A stretch of 64,000 nucleotides of DNA from Candidatus Gallispira sp. (GTDB lineage: Bacteria; Bacillota; Clostridia; Lachnospirales; CAG-274): contig DBGCRA010000196.1 of NCBI GenBank assembly GCA_048359195.1, positions 843 to 64,842 of the forward strand. The letters are read 5' to 3'. Shown piece after piece: positions 29,068 to 39,448 of the stretch. How positions within the stretch are numbered: the stretch's first letter is position 1; the number at the start of each line of letters is the position of its first letter. Under the pieces are notes generated by a model. It made no database searches. It was not told where the DNA came from and saw nothing but the letters and a program-made list of their open reading frames with translations. The position numbers and the translations under genes were made by a program.

Positions 29068-29099
29068 AATAAAAATCCTCCCAATATTCAATTTAAATA

Positions 29100-29309
29100 T
29101 TAATCTTCTCTGTCCATACCCTCAAAGAGAGTGGGAACCTGACAGGCTAAATCTCCTTTAGCGCAGTCAAGAGATGCTGTTTTGTCGATATGGACATTGT
29201 CAGTATTTACATCACCTGTTTCATCAACAGATACATTTAAGTGTCCGCCATCGTTTGACATAAAGCTGTCAATCATAGCAACAATATCATCAATTTTATC
29301 CTGTGACAT
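29100..29309 (-). CDS. 69-aa ORF: truncated, diverged duplicate of the radical-domain N-terminal strand, no glycine loop
   Basis: [28 protein letters not shown]... aligns with the first about 29 aa of the 79-aa ORF, then diverges ([41 protein letters not shown]). AAGGAAGAG SD. Confidence 0.55.
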   Translation of the reverse strand: MSQDKIDDIVAMIDSFMSNDGGHLNVSVDETGDVNTDNVHIDKTASLDCAKGDLACQVPTLFEGMDRED

Positions 29310-29324
29310 ATTAATCACTCTTCC

Positions 29325-31370
29325 TTATTTTTCTAAATCCAAGTCCACTTCAAGGTCACCGTGGAAAATCTTATCCTCTTTGCCTAAAGCACCCGGGATA
29401 ATTGAGAATGTATCAGAAATACCGTCCTGTGCATCCTTGAAAGGAATCTTTGCAACAGAAGCAAGAGAAGCTACAGCACCATGGCTATCTCTGTGGTGCA
29501 TAGGGTTAGCACCGGGGGCAAATGGTTCTCCCGCCTTTCTGCCATCCGGAGTTGAGCCTGTGTTTTTTCCATAAACTACATTAGATGTAATGGTAAGAAC
29601 AGATGTAGTAGGAACACCGTCTCTGTAAGTGTGGTTCATCTTAACATAATCAAGGAATGTAGATACTAAATCTCTTGCAATATCGTCAACTCTGTCATCG
29701 TCGTTGCCGTACTTAGGGAAATCGCCCTCAACCTCATAGTCAATAACAATGCCGTTTTCATCTCTTACAGTCTTAACCTTAGCATACTTAATAGCTGAAA
29801 GTGAATCGGCAACTACAGAAAGACCTGCAATACCTGTTGCAAACCAACGTGTAATATTTTTATCGTGTAATGCCATTTGCAATCTTTCATAGCTATACTT
29901 ATCATGCATATAGTGAATAATGTTAAGAGCGTTTACATATACGCCTGCAAGCCACTTCATCATATCCTTGTATTTATCCATTACTTCGTCATAATCAAGG
30001 TATTCTGATGTAATAGGTCTGTACTTTGGACCAACCTGCTTCTTTGAAATTTCGTCAACACCACCGTTAATAGCGTATAAAAGACACTTGGCAAGGTTAG
30101 CTCTTGCACCGAAGAACTGCATTTCCTTACCGATTCTCATAGAAGATACGCAGCATGCAATAGCGTAGTCATCACCGTGGTAAACTCTCATAAGGTCATC
30201 ATTTTCATACTGAATTGAAGATGACGCAATAGAAGTCTTTGCACAAAATCTCTTAAAGTTCAAAGGAAGTCTTGTAGACCAGAGAACTGTTAAGTTAGGC
30301 TCGGGAGCTGTACCTAAATTCTGTAAAGTATGAAGGTATCTGTAGCTCATCTTGGTAACCATATGTCTGCCGTCAATCCCAACACCACCGATAGATTCTG
30401 TTACCCAAGTAGGGTCGCCTGAGAAAAGTGCATTGTATTCAGGTGTTCTTGCAAACTTAACAAGTCTTAACTTCATAATAAAGTGATCAACAAATTCCTG
30501 AATTTCATCTTCAGTAAACGTACCATTCTTTAAATCTCTTTCTGCATAAATATCAATAAATGTAGAAGTTCTGCCTAAACTCATTGCAGCACCGTTCTGC
30601 TCCTTAACAGCAGCAAGATAAGCCAAATAAGTCCACTGTATAGCTTCCTGAACATTTGCGGCAGGTCTTTTAATATCAAAGCCGTAAATTTCGCCAAGCT
30701 GAACTAATTCATGCAAAGCTCTAATCTGCTCTGAAATTTCCTCCCTGTTTCTTATAACGTCTTCTGTCATTGTCTGACGGCAACGTGACTTTTCAGCCTC
30801 TTTATCTGCAATAAGTCTGTCAACGCCGTAAAGAGCAACTCGTCTGTAGTCGCCTATAATACGTCCTCTGCCGTAAGCATCAGGCAGACCTGTAATAATA
30901 TGAGCTGTTCTGCAGGCTCTTATTTCAGGAGTGTAAGCATCAAATACGCCGGCATTGTGAGTTTTTCTGTGAGTTGAAAAAAATTCAACAACTTCAGGGT
31001 CAACTTCATAACCATTGTCTTTACATGCCTTAACTGCCATTCTGATACCGCCATAAGGCTGAAGTGAACGTTTAAATGGCTTGTCTGTCTGGAAGCCTAC
31101 AATTTTTTCCTTGTTTTTATCTAAATAACCTGCGCCGTGAGATGTAATGGTTGAAATAACCTTTGTGTCCATATCCAGCACGCCGCCTGCCTCCAATTCC
31201 TTTTTTGAAAGGTCCATAACCTGCTCCCAAAGCTCCTGAGTAGCCTTGGTTGGGCCTGCAAGGAAAGCATCGTCACCATCATAAGGTGTATAATTTTTCT
31301 GAATAAAATCTCTTACATTGATTTCTCTCTGCCATACACCATTGACAAAGCCATTCCATTCTTGATTCAT
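29325..31370 (-). CDS. pflB: Pyruvate formate-lyase catalytic core, lacking the C-terminal glycyl-radical domain
   Basis: 681 aa. PFL N-terminus, active-site [27 protein letters not shown] and [18 protein letters not shown]. Ends ...[27 protein letters not shown], about 80 aa short of full-length PflB. Confidence 0.9.
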   Translation of the reverse strand: MNQEWNGFVNGVWQREINVRDFIQKNYTPYDGDDAFLAGPTKATQELWEQVMDLSKKELEAGGVLDMDTKVISTITSHGAGYLDKNKEKIVGFQTDKPFKRSLQPYGGIRMAVKACKDNGYEVDPEVVEFFSTHRKTHNAGVFDAYTPEIRACRTAHIITGLPDAYGRGRIIGDYRRVALYGVDRLIADKEAEKSRCRQTMTEDVIRNREEISEQIRALHELVQLGEIYGFDIKRPAANVQEAIQWTYLAYLAAVKEQNGAAMSLGRTSTFIDIYAERDLKNGTFTEDEIQEFVDHFIMKLRLVKFARTPEYNALFSGDPTWVTESIGGVGIDGRHMVTKMSYRYLHTLQNLGTAPEPNLTVLWSTRLPLNFKRFCAKTSIASSSIQYENDDLMRVYHGDDYAIACCVSSMRIGKEMQFFGARANLAKCLLYAINGGVDEISKKQVGPKYRPITSEYLDYDEVMDKYKDMMKWLAGVYVNALNIIHYMHDKYSYERLQMALHDKNITRWFATGIAGLSVVADSLSAIKYAKVKTVRDENGIVIDYEVEGDFPKYGNDDDRVDDIARDLVSTFLDYVKMNHTYRDGVPTTSVLTITSNVVYGKNTGSTPDGRKAGEPFAPGANPMHHRDSHGAVASLASVAKIPFKDAQDGISDTFSIIPGALGKEDKIFHGDLEVDLDLEK

Positions 31371-31577
31371 TTTCTCTCCTCCAAATCATATTGTTAATAA
31401 TCTATTTTAACTGTTGTCAAGTTTTATATTGTTTTGTCTGCTTGACAGCATAATGATATCATACTTGTTAATATTATGTCAATACAAAAATCAAAATAAT
31501 TAATAATAATTATTATTTAAAGTTATTAGCTTTAGCTAACTCATAGTAAAACCGTCGGAAATTAATTTTTTAAAGTT

Positions 31578-31618
31578 AAATATTGTTTATTTCACCAAAG
31601 GTGAAATAAACAATATTT
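31578..31618. repeat. Palindromic intergenic repeat, copy 2 (AAATATTGTTTATTTCACC-AAA-GGTGAAATAAACAATATTT)
   Basis: Perfect 19-nt arms. Lies between the murA 3' end and the pflB upstream region. Confidence 0.9.
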
Positions 31619-31660
31619 TTAAATCAAAGGCATTTTGCCATGCTTGTGTGCAAATAAACT

Positions 31661-32905
31661 CTAATTTATTTTTTCCATCTTTCCTCCAATTAACCCCACC
31701 TTAGCACACATAGCCTCATACCCTCTCTCAATATGGCAGGCACCTTCGATTCTGCTTACTCTTTCGACACCCAAAGCAGCCACAACAAGAGCAGCACCTC
31801 CTCTTAAATCCTTAGCCTCAACATCAGCTCCTTTAAGTTTTTTAACGCCCTTTACAATAAAGGTTTTATTATCTTGCATTTTAATATCTGCTCCCATTTT
31901 ATTAAGTTCCGGTATATGTTTATTTCTTTCTGAAAAAAGTGTTTCATTTATAATACATTCTCCTTCTGCCTTTGCAAGTACAGCCATGATTTGGGGCTGA
32001 GCATCTGTAGGAAAATAAGGATAAGGTCCGGTTACAATTTTATTTAAAGAATATAATTTATTTGGTGCAGCTATATATATTGTGTCCTTTTCGGTTTTTA
32101 TAATACAGCCTGTTTTTTCAAGTATTGACAATATTATGCTTAAATGTTTAGGGTTACAGTTTTTTATATAAAGTTCTCCTCCTGTTGCTGCTGCCATTGC
32201 GCAGTATGTTGCAGCTTCTATTCTATCGGAAACAACGCTGTGTTCAGCACACAGGCTTATATTGCTTTCTTCTATAACTATGGTGTTTTTCTCACGTCTT
32301 ATTCTGCTGCCGCATTTATTAAGATATGATATAAGGTCATCTATTTCAGGCTCTTTTGCACAGTTTTTTATAACTGTTGTGCCTTTTGCATTTGCAGCGG
32401 CAAGTATAATATTTTCGGTAACGCCTACGGATACTATAGGCAGATTTATTTCACAACCTTTAAGTTTGCCCTTGCAAATTATGCTTTCGCCTTTTTCAAT
32501 TATTTCAGCACCAAGCTTTTTCATTGCCCAAAGATGAAGGTCAATGGGTCTTTCTCCAAGCTGACAGCCTCCGGGGCGATATATTGTAACATTACCGAAT
32601 TTACCCAAAAGTGCTCCCATAAAAAGTATAGAGGAACGCATTTTGCTGCTTAAATCCTTGTCTATGACTGTTGTGGAAAGAGAACCTAATATATTTATAG
32701 TATTGTTCTCTGTTTTAATTAATATGCCCAGCTTTTTTAAAATTCCAAGGGTATTTGATACATCTGACAGAAAGGGTATATTTTTTACAGTAGTTTCTCT
32801 TTGCATTGCTGCTGCCGCAAGTATTGGCAATACGGAATTCTTAGCTCCGCTTATAAAAACTTCACCGCTTAATACATTTCCTCCCTCAATTACATAGCCG
32901 CCCAT
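31661..32905 (-). CDS. murA: UDP-N-acetylglucosamine 1-carboxyvinyltransferase
   Basis: 414 aa. ISGAKNSVLPILAAA, the active-site Cys loop GGCQLGERPIDLH, and FPTDAQ. Confidence 0.93.
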   Translation of the reverse strand: MGGYVIEGGNVLSGEVFISGAKNSVLPILAAAAMQRETTVKNIPFLSDVSNTLGILKKLGILIKTENNTINILGSLSTTVIDKDLSSKMRSSILFMGALLGKFGNVTIYRPGGCQLGERPIDLHLWAMKKLGAEIIEKGESIICKGKLKGCEINLPIVSVGVTENIILAAANAKGTTVIKNCAKEPEIDDLISYLNKCGSRIRREKNTIVIEESNISLCAEHSVVSDRIEAATYCAMAAATGGELYIKNCNPKHLSIILSILEKTGCIIKTEKDTIYIAAPNKLYSLNKIVTGPYPYFPTDAQPQIMAVLAKAEGECIINETLFSERNKHIPELNKMGADIKMQDNKTFIVKGVKKLKGADVEAKDLRGGAALVVAALGVERVSRIEGACHIERGYEAMCAKVGLIGGKMEKIN

Positions 32906-33037
32906 AATTTACCCCTTCAATTGAATTAATGTAAATTATGCGGCAACAAGGGAATATGTTACAAAAAAACAGTTTACATCTTAAATAAAAATATGTATAA
33001 TTATTATGTATAAATATGTCTGGACTTGGAGGTCATT

Positions 33038-34522
33038 ATGGACGATAAGAATAAAAACAATGAAATTGAAAATAAAAAAGAAGAAATAAATAATGAAATA
33101 AAAACAAATGAAAATAAGACTGAAAATACCAAAACTTCAGAAACATTAAAGGAAGAAAAGCCGGAGTTAAAGGTGGTTGACGGAAAAAAGAAGCCAAGAA
33201 AAAAAGTAAAGCCGCCTAAAAAAGCATCAAATATAAAAAAACTTAAAGCCATAAAGCCTACAAAGAAAAATATGAAAAAGTTTGTAAAGACAAACAAAAC
33301 ATCATTAATAGCGGTAGGTGCCATAGCTCTCCTTCTTATAATTGCCTTTTTATTTAATTCCAACAATGTAATTAAAATCGGCGAAAAGCAGGTAATGTTT
33401 TCAAAGGAATACAATATGAGCTCAAAGGCGGATTTTTATGTAAGAGATGAAAACATTTTTTATGTATCAAAAGATGGTATGCTTTTTCTTGATAAAAAGG
33501 GTGAAACCTTATGGTCTGATACATTTACAATGTCTGCTCCTTATATGTTAAGTGACGGCGACTATGTTGCTGTTGCCGACAGCAACAGTAAAATAGTCAA
33601 TGTATATGATAAAACAGGCAGACTTTATCAGATTTCTGCGGCAGGACCTATAACCACTTTTGCCATTAATCCTTTAGGCTGCTGTGCCGTTGTGTGTAAG
33701 GTTAATGATGATTACAGAGTTGATGTTTACTCAAACACAGGTGAAACAATGTTTGAATGTGCCAGAGCATCAAAGGACGGTATTCCATTAGGCATTGATG
33801 TATCTGATGACGGTACTATTGTATCTCTTTCTCTTGTGGATTATAATAACATTAAGATTAAGTCAAGTGTACTTTTCTATTATACAGTAAAGGCTGATGC
33901 TCAGTCTACCGAATCCAGTGACGGTCTAATAAGTGCTATTGAAATTCCTGAAGCTATTGCGGCTGTTGTAAAATTTGTTCCTGATAATCAGTGTATAGTT
34001 GCAAGCGATGTATCGGTGATGAACATAAACTGTTCAGGCAGCAGCTTTGAAAAGAAATGGGAAAAAACATTTGATAACTATGTAACTGCCTTTGACATAG
34101 TAAACGGAAAAGAGATTGCTATTGCTTACGGTGAGGCTATAGAACTTACAAGCGAAAGTGCAGTAGCCAATGAAAATACTGTTTATTGGTATAATTTATC
34201 AGGTAAGGAAATAGGCTCTGCAAAGGCTGAGGATAGAATAAGTGATATTTTTTCATCTGAAAAGGGAACAATAATTGCTGTTGATAAGGATTATACGGCA
34301 TATACTTCAAAAGGAAGAGAATTGTGGAAATATTCTGCTATACAGAATGTAAAATCAATGCAGTTTTATAACTCACAGGATAAGGTTATAATTGTTACAC
34401 CTACAAAAATGCAGCTTGTAGATGTTAAAAAGGGTGTGACGATGCAGGAGGAGGAAACAGAGGCTGAAACTGAAAGTTCAGTTTCTGAAAATGAGACTCA
34501 TACTACCACAAATGCACAATAG
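33038..34522 (+). CDS. Membrane-anchored protein with Lys/Asn/Glu-rich N-terminus and predicted beta-propeller ectodomain (DUF5711-like)
   Basis: ATG after a GGAGG SD. Low-complexity N-terminus, one TM (LIAVGAIALLLIIAFLF), then repeated strand-rich units. Confidence 0.65.
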   Translation: MDDKNKNNEIENKKEEINNEIKTNENKTENTKTSETLKEEKPELKVVDGKKKPRKKVKPPKKASNIKKLKAIKPTKKNMKKFVKTNKTSLIAVGAIALLLIIAFLFNSNNVIKIGEKQVMFSKEYNMSSKADFYVRDENIFYVSKDGMLFLDKKGETLWSDTFTMSAPYMLSDGDYVAVADSNSKIVNVYDKTGRLYQISAAGPITTFAINPLGCCAVVCKVNDDYRVDVYSNTGETMFECARASKDGIPLGIDVSDDGTIVSLSLVDYNNIKIKSSVLFYYTVKADAQSTESSDGLISAIEIPEAIAAVVKFVPDNQCIVASDVSVMNINCSGSSFEKKWEKTFDNYVTAFDIVNGKEIAIAYGEAIELTSESAVANENTVYWYNLSGKEIGSAKAEDRISDIFSSEKGTIIAVDKDYTAYTSKGRELWKYSAIQNVKSMQFYNSQDKVIIVTPTKMQLVDVKKGVTMQEEETEAETESSVSENETHTTTNAQ

Positions 34523-34530
34523 GAGGTTAT

Positions 34531-35232
34531 ATGATTAATTATACTGTTGATATTATTATATTGGTTATACTTTTACTTTTTATATTTATATTTGGCTCAA
34601 AGGGTCTTGTTGCAAGTGTATTAAAGTCCTTTTCATGGCTGATATCCATACTTGTGACATATTTTCTTTATCCTGTTGTGAGTGGAATTTTAAGACGGAC
34701 CTTTGTCTTTAATATGCTTAAAAATTCCGTATACGGAGTAATGGGGCTTGAAACTATGGAGGCATCGGTGGGTGCAGGTCAGATTAACGCTATAGAAAGT
34801 CTTACATTGCCTCAAGGGCTTAAAAATATGCTTGTGGACAATAATAATTCCGTTATTTATGAGCTTTTGGGAGCAAACAGCCTTCAGGAATATATTGCGG
34901 GCTATATTGCAAATATTATATTAAATATTGTGACGGGTATTCTTGTATTCTTTATTATAGTGGTTATTATTAAAATTGCTACAGGGACTTTGCAGCTTGC
35001 CGTAAAGCTGCCTGTTATAAAGCAGATAAATGGTATTGGCGGCGGTCTTTTAGGTCTTTTTTGGGGTGTTATGGCTGTGTGGATGGTTATGGCTTTGTCT
35101 ACGGTTTTTATAACTGCGCCTTTTTTTGCTGATATGGTTACCGCTATTGACAGTTCTGTTATAGGAAAAATTTTGTATGATAATAATGTGATTATGAATG
35201 TGCTGTTGGCCAAGTTGTTTGGCTGGGGGTAG
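34531..35232 (+). CDS. cvpA: CvpA-family membrane protein
   Basis: 233 aa, 4-5 TM. DIIILVILLLFIFIFGSKGLV start is typical of the colicin V production protein family. Confidence 0.75.
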   Translation: MINYTVDIIILVILLLFIFIFGSKGLVASVLKSFSWLISILVTYFLYPVVSGILRRTFVFNMLKNSVYGVMGLETMEASVGAGQINAIESLTLPQGLKNMLVDNNNSVIYELLGANSLQEYIAGYIANIILNIVTGILVFFIIVVIIKIATGTLQLAVKLPVIKQINGIGGGLLGLFWGVMAVWMVMALSTVFITAPFFADMVTAIDSSVIGKILYDNNVIMNVLLAKLFGWG

Positions 35233-35279
35233 TAAAATTAATGTTTATTTCACCAAATGTGAAATAAACATTAATTTTA
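35233..35279. repeat. Palindromic intergenic repeat, copy 3 (TAAAATTAATGTTTATTTCAC-caaat-GTGAAATAAACATTAATTTTA)
   Basis: 21-nt perfect arms, starting right after the cvpA stop. Confidence 0.9.
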
Positions 35280-35308
35280 AGAAGAGTCGCCCTCTTCTAT
35301 TTTTTTTA
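35279..35308 (+). terminator. Intrinsic terminator AAGAAGAG-tcgcc-CTCTTCT + T8
   Basis: Hairpin followed by ATTTTTTTT. Confidence 0.7.
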
Positions 35309-35350
35309 TAAAAAATATGAATAAAAACAAAAAAAGCCGCTTAAAACCTA

Positions 35351-35379
35351 TTGACAAAGCGGAAAAATGATGTTACAAT
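35351..35379 (+). promoter_or_regulatory. Consensus sigmaA promoter for rpoBC (TTGACA-17-TGtTACAAT)
   Basis: TTGACA at 35351-35356, a 17-nt spacer, and an extended -10 ending at 35379. Gives an approximately 170-nt 5' UTR. Confidence 0.65.
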
Positions 35380-35555
35380 AATATACTGTATCTTTAAGAA
35401 AAGACACCTTTTAACATATAGAAATTATAACACGAACAGCAGTCCTCTGTCAAGAGGAAAATGTAAATAAAGTGTAAATAATTTGCTTAAATATGAAAAA
35501 AGTGTGAACAGATTTATTGATTATTTTAAAATATAAAGAAGGAGTGAAAGTGCCA

Positions 35556-38500
35556 ATGGAAAAGAACAGATTACGCCCTGTGCAGTATGGTGACACTATG
35601 CGTATGAGTTATGCAAGAGTTGATGAAGTATTGGAAATGCCTAATCTGCTTGCATTACAGAAGGACAGCTATCAGTGGTTCCTTGACGAGGGCATGGCAG
35701 AAGTGCTTGATGATATTTCGCCAATCAGTGATTACAATGGTAATTACATCTTAGAATTTGTTGACTTTAAGCTTGACAACGAAACTAAGTATTCTATTGC
35801 AGAATGTAAGGACAGAGATGCTACCTATGCTACACCTTTAAGAGTAAAGGTAAGACTTCGTACTAAGGGAGATGTGGCTGAAGTTAAGGAGCAGGAAATT
35901 TATATGGGTGAATTTCCTCTTATGACTGGAACGGGTACATTTGTAATTAATGGTGCAGAGAGAGTAATCGTTTCCCAGTTGGTACGTTCACCCGGTATAT
36001 ATTATGATATAGCAAAGGATAAGGACGGTAAGAACCTCCTTACTTCTACTGTTATTCCTAACAGAGGTGCATGGCTTGAATATGAAACAGACAGTAATGA
36101 TGTATTCTCTGTAAGAGTGGACAGAAACAGAAAGGTGCCTGTTACTACACTTATAAGAGCATTAGGTATTGGCACTGATCAGGATATTATTGATCTTTTT
36201 GGCGAGGAACCGAAGATTCTTGCAACTATTGAAAAGGATGCTACCAAGACTCATGAAGAAGGTCTTATTGAAATTTATAAAAAACTTCGTCCCGGAGAGC
36301 CGCCTACAGTTGAGTCAGCCCAGACTATTCTTCACAATATGTTCTATGACTACAAGAGATATGACCTTGCTCATGTGGGAAGATATAAGTTTAACAAGAA
36401 GCTTGCTTTTGCTAACAGAGTTACAGGCTATAAGCTTACTGAAGATGCTGTTGATCCTATGACAGGTGAAGTTTTATGTGAAGCAGGTACTGTTTTAACA
36501 GAGGAAATGTGTAATAAGCTTCAGGACAGCGGCATTCCTGCTATTTATGTTGATGTAAATGGCAGAGGTGTTAAGATTTTATCCAATATGGCTGTTAAGA
36601 TTGATGACTTTATTGCAGGTCTTGGTCTTACGGGCAAAGATTTAAAAATTAAGGAAAGAGTTTATCTTCCTGTTCTTATGGATTTATTAGAGGCTAATGA
36701 TGATGCAGAAAGCTTTAAGGCTGCTGTAAAGGCTAATATGTTTGAGCTTGTTACAAAGCATATTACACTTGAAGATATTATGGCTTCAATTAATTATTGT
36801 ATACATCTTGATTATGGCATTGGTAATAAGGATGATATTGACCACCTTGGCAACAGAAGAATCAGGGCAGTAGGTGAGCTTTTACAGAACCAGTTTAGAA
36901 TCGGTTTTTCAAGAATGGAAAGAACTGTAAGAGAAAGAATGACAACTCAGGATACAGACAGTGTTACACCACAGGCGCTTATTAACATTAAGCCTGTTAC
37001 TGCCGCTATTAAGGAATTCTTTGGCAGTTCTCAGTTATCACAGTTTATGGATCAGAATAACCCTCTTGGTGAGCTTACTCACAAGAGAAGATTATCTGCA
37101 CTAGGTCCGGGCGGTCTTTCAAGAGAAAGAGCAGGCTTTGAGGTTAGAGATGTTCACAATTCTCACTACGGAAGAATGTGTCCTATTGAAACTCCTGAAG
37201 GTCCTAACATTGGTCTTATTAACTCTCTTGCAACATTTGCAAAGATTAATGAATATGGATTTATTGAGGCTCCTTACAGAGTTATTGACAAATCAAGCGG
37301 CGAGTCCGTTGTAACGGACAACATTATTTATATTGCTGCCGATGAGGAAGAAAAGTATGTTATTGCACAGGCTAATGAGCCTCTTGATGAAAACAAGCAT
37401 TTTACTAATGAAAAGGTTACCTGTCGTTTGAGAGAGGATAACATTCAGGTAACTCCTGACAGAGTTGATTTAATGGACGTATCTCCAAGACAGCTTGTTT
37501 CAATAGCTACAGCTCTTATTCCTTTTTTACAGAACGATGACGTTACCAGAGCCTTAATGGGCTCCAACATGCAGCGTCAGGCTGTGCCTCTTTTAACAAC
37601 AGACTCACCTATTGTTGGTACAGGTATGGAATATAAGACTGCTAAGGACTCAGGTGTTTGTGTTATTGCTAAAAATGACGGTATTGTAACATTTGTTGAT
37701 GCCTCAAGAATTGTTGTTAAGACAGATGCAGGCGATACTGACAGATATGACCTTATTAAGTTTAAGAGATCAAACCAGTCTAACTGTATGAATCAGATTC
37801 CTATTGTGGATAAGGGACAGAGAGTTTATGCAGGTGATGTTATTGCAGACGGTCCTTCTACCAAGGATGGCGAGCTTGCTCTTGGTAAGAACCCTCTTAT
37901 CGGTTTTATGACTTGGGAAGGTTATAATTACGAGGATGCCGTTCTTCTTAGTGAAAGACTTGTTATGGATGATGTTTATACTTCTATCCATATTGAAGAA
38001 TATGAAACAGAGGCAAGAAATACTAAGCTTGGTGATGAGGAAATCACAAGAGATATTCCTAATATGAGTGCTGAATCATTAAAAGATTTGGATGAGTTTG
38101 GTATTGTAAGAGTAGGTGCTGAGGTTCAGCCTAACTCTATACTTGTAGGTAAGGTTACTCCTAAGGGTGAAACTGAGCTTACTGCCGAGGAAAGACTTTT
38201 AAGAGCAATCTTCGGTGAAAAGGCAAGAGAAGTAAGAGATACTTCTTTAACAGTACCTCATGGTACAAGCGGTATTGTTGTTGATGTTAAGGTATTCTCA
38301 AGAGAAGATAACGATGAGCTTCCACCGGGAGTAAATAAGACTGTAAGAGTTTATATTGCACAGAAGAGAAAAATTTCCGTTGGTGATAAGATGGCAGGTC
38401 GTCACGGTAACAAGGGTGTAGTTTCAAGAGTACTTCCTGTTGAGGATATGCCATATCTTCCAAACGGCAGACCTCTTGACATAGTTCTTAACCCATTGGG

Positions 38501-39446
38501 TGTTCCTTCACGAATGAACATTGGTCAGGTGCTTGAAATTCATTTGGGTCTTGCAAGTAATGTACTTGGTTGGAAGGTTGCAACACCGGTATTTGACGGT
38601 GCTAATGAAAACGATATTATGAATACCCTTGAAATGGCTAATGATTATGTAAACACTTCTTGGGAAGAATTTAGTGACAAGTGGAAGGATACATTAAGAG
38701 ATGATGTATTCAGTTATCTTGATGAAAACAAGGCACACAGAGTTGAATGGGCAGGCGTACCTATTGACAGAACCGGTAAGGTAAGATTAAGAGACGGCAG
38801 AACCGGCGAGGAATTTGATAATCCTACTACCATTGGTTTTATGCACTACTTAAAACTCCATCACCTTGTAGACGATAAGATTCATGCTCGTTCAACAGGT
38901 CCGTACTCACTTGTAACTCAGCAGCCTTTAGGCGGTAAAGCACAGTTTGGCGGTCAGAGATTTGGTGAGATGGAAGTTTGGGCACTTGAGGCTTATGGTG
39001 CATCTTACACATTACAGGAAATTCTTACAGTTAAGTCTGATGATATTGTAGGTAGAGTAAGTACTTACGAGGCTATTGTTAAGGGTGAAAATATTCCTGA
39101 GCCTGGTATCCCTGAATCATTTAAGGTTCTTCTTAAAGAATTACAGGCACTTGCTCTTGATATTGAAGTATTTAATGAGGGCGAACGCGTTGAAATTGAT
39201 GAGTTTGCTGAGGACAGAGAACTTTCTGTTGATGTTGATATGGAGAAAAATGAACCTGATGAGGACATCAATGTTGAAGATAAGCTTGATGACCTTTTAG
39301 GTGACCTTTCCATTGACGATGTTGATATTGATGATATTGATGACGATGATTTTGTTATAGATGAGGATGAAGAGAGTGATGATGATTTGCTTGACGAATT
39401 TTCTGATCTTGAAAGTCTTTTAATAAATAATAAGGAGGGAGAATAA
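35556..39446 (+). CDS. rpoB: DNA-directed RNA polymerase subunit beta, with acidic C-terminal extension
   Basis: [56 protein letters not shown] motifs. The start could be ATG 35556 or GTG 35550. Confidence 0.97.
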   Translation: MEKNRLRPVQYGDTMRMSYARVDEVLEMPNLLALQKDSYQWFLDEGMAEVLDDISPISDYNGNYILEFVDFKLDNETKYSIAECKDRDATYATPLRVKVRLRTKGDVAEVKEQEIYMGEFPLMTGTGTFVINGAERVIVSQLVRSPGIYYDIAKDKDGKNLLTSTVIPNRGAWLEYETDSNDVFSVRVDRNRKVPVTTLIRALGIGTDQDIIDLFGEEPKILATIEKDATKTHEEGLIEIYKKLRPGEPPTVESAQTILHNMFYDYKRYDLAHVGRYKFNKKLAFANRVTGYKLTEDAVDPMTGEVLCEAGTVLTEEMCNKLQDSGIPAIYVDVNGRGVKILSNMAVKIDDFIAGLGLTGKDLKIKERVYLPVLMDLLEANDDAESFKAAVKANMFELVTKHITLEDIMASINYCIHLDYGIGNKDDIDHLGNRRIRAVGELLQNQFRIGFSRMERTVRERMTTQDTDSVTPQALINIKPVTAAIKEFFGSSQLSQFMDQNNPLGELTHKRRLSALGPGGLSRERAGFEVRDVHNSHYGRMCPIETPEGPNIGLINSLATFAKINEYGFIEAPYRVIDKSSGESVVTDNIIYIAADEEEKYVIAQANEPLDENKHFTNEKVTCRLREDNIQVTPDRVDLMDVSPRQLVSIATALIPFLQNDDVTRALMGSNMQRQAVPLLTTDSPIVGTGMEYKTAKDSGVCVIAKNDGIVTFVDASRIVVKTDAGDTDRYDLIKFKRSNQSNCMNQIPIVDKGQRVYAGDVIADGPSTKDGELALGKNPLIGFMTWEGYNYEDAVLLSERLVMDDVYTSIHIEEYETEARNTKLGDEEITRDIPNMSAESLKDLDEFGIVRVGAEVQPNSILVGKVTPKGETELTAEERLLRAIFGEKAREVRDTSLTVPHGTSGIVVDVKVFSREDNDELPPGVNKTVRVYIAQKRKISVGDKMAGRHGNKGVVSRVLPVEDMPYLPNGRPLDIVLNPLGVPSRMNIGQVLEIHLGLASNVLGWKVATPVFDGANENDIMNTLEMANDYVNTSWEEFSDKWKDTLRDDVFSYLDENKAHRVEWAGVPIDRTGKVRLRDGRTGEEFDNPTTIGFMHYLKLHHLVDDKIHARSTGPYSLVTQQPLGGKAQFGGQRFGEMEVWALEAYGASYTLQEILTVKSDDIVGRVSTYEAIVKGENIPEPGIPESFKVLLKELQALALDIEVFNEGERVEIDEFAEDRELSVDVDMEKNEPDEDINVEDKLDDLLGDLSIDDVDIDDIDDDDFVIDEDEESDDDLLDEFSDLESLLINNKEGE

Positions 39447-39448
39447 TA

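Noticed and set aside
31442-31482. Imperfect inverted repeat TTGACAGCATAAT...ATTATGTCAA upstream of pflB as a regulator operator
   Set aside because: The arms are imperfect (a 3-nt indel). They can be explained as two facing -35-like hexamers in AT-rich DNA, and I could not match them to FNR, Rex or CRP consensus sites.
33004-33414. 136-aa minus-strand ORF (Phe/Ser/Ile-rich)
   Set aside because: It is the antisense reading of the Lys/Asn/Glu low-complexity N-terminus of the 33038 gene. A compositional artefact.
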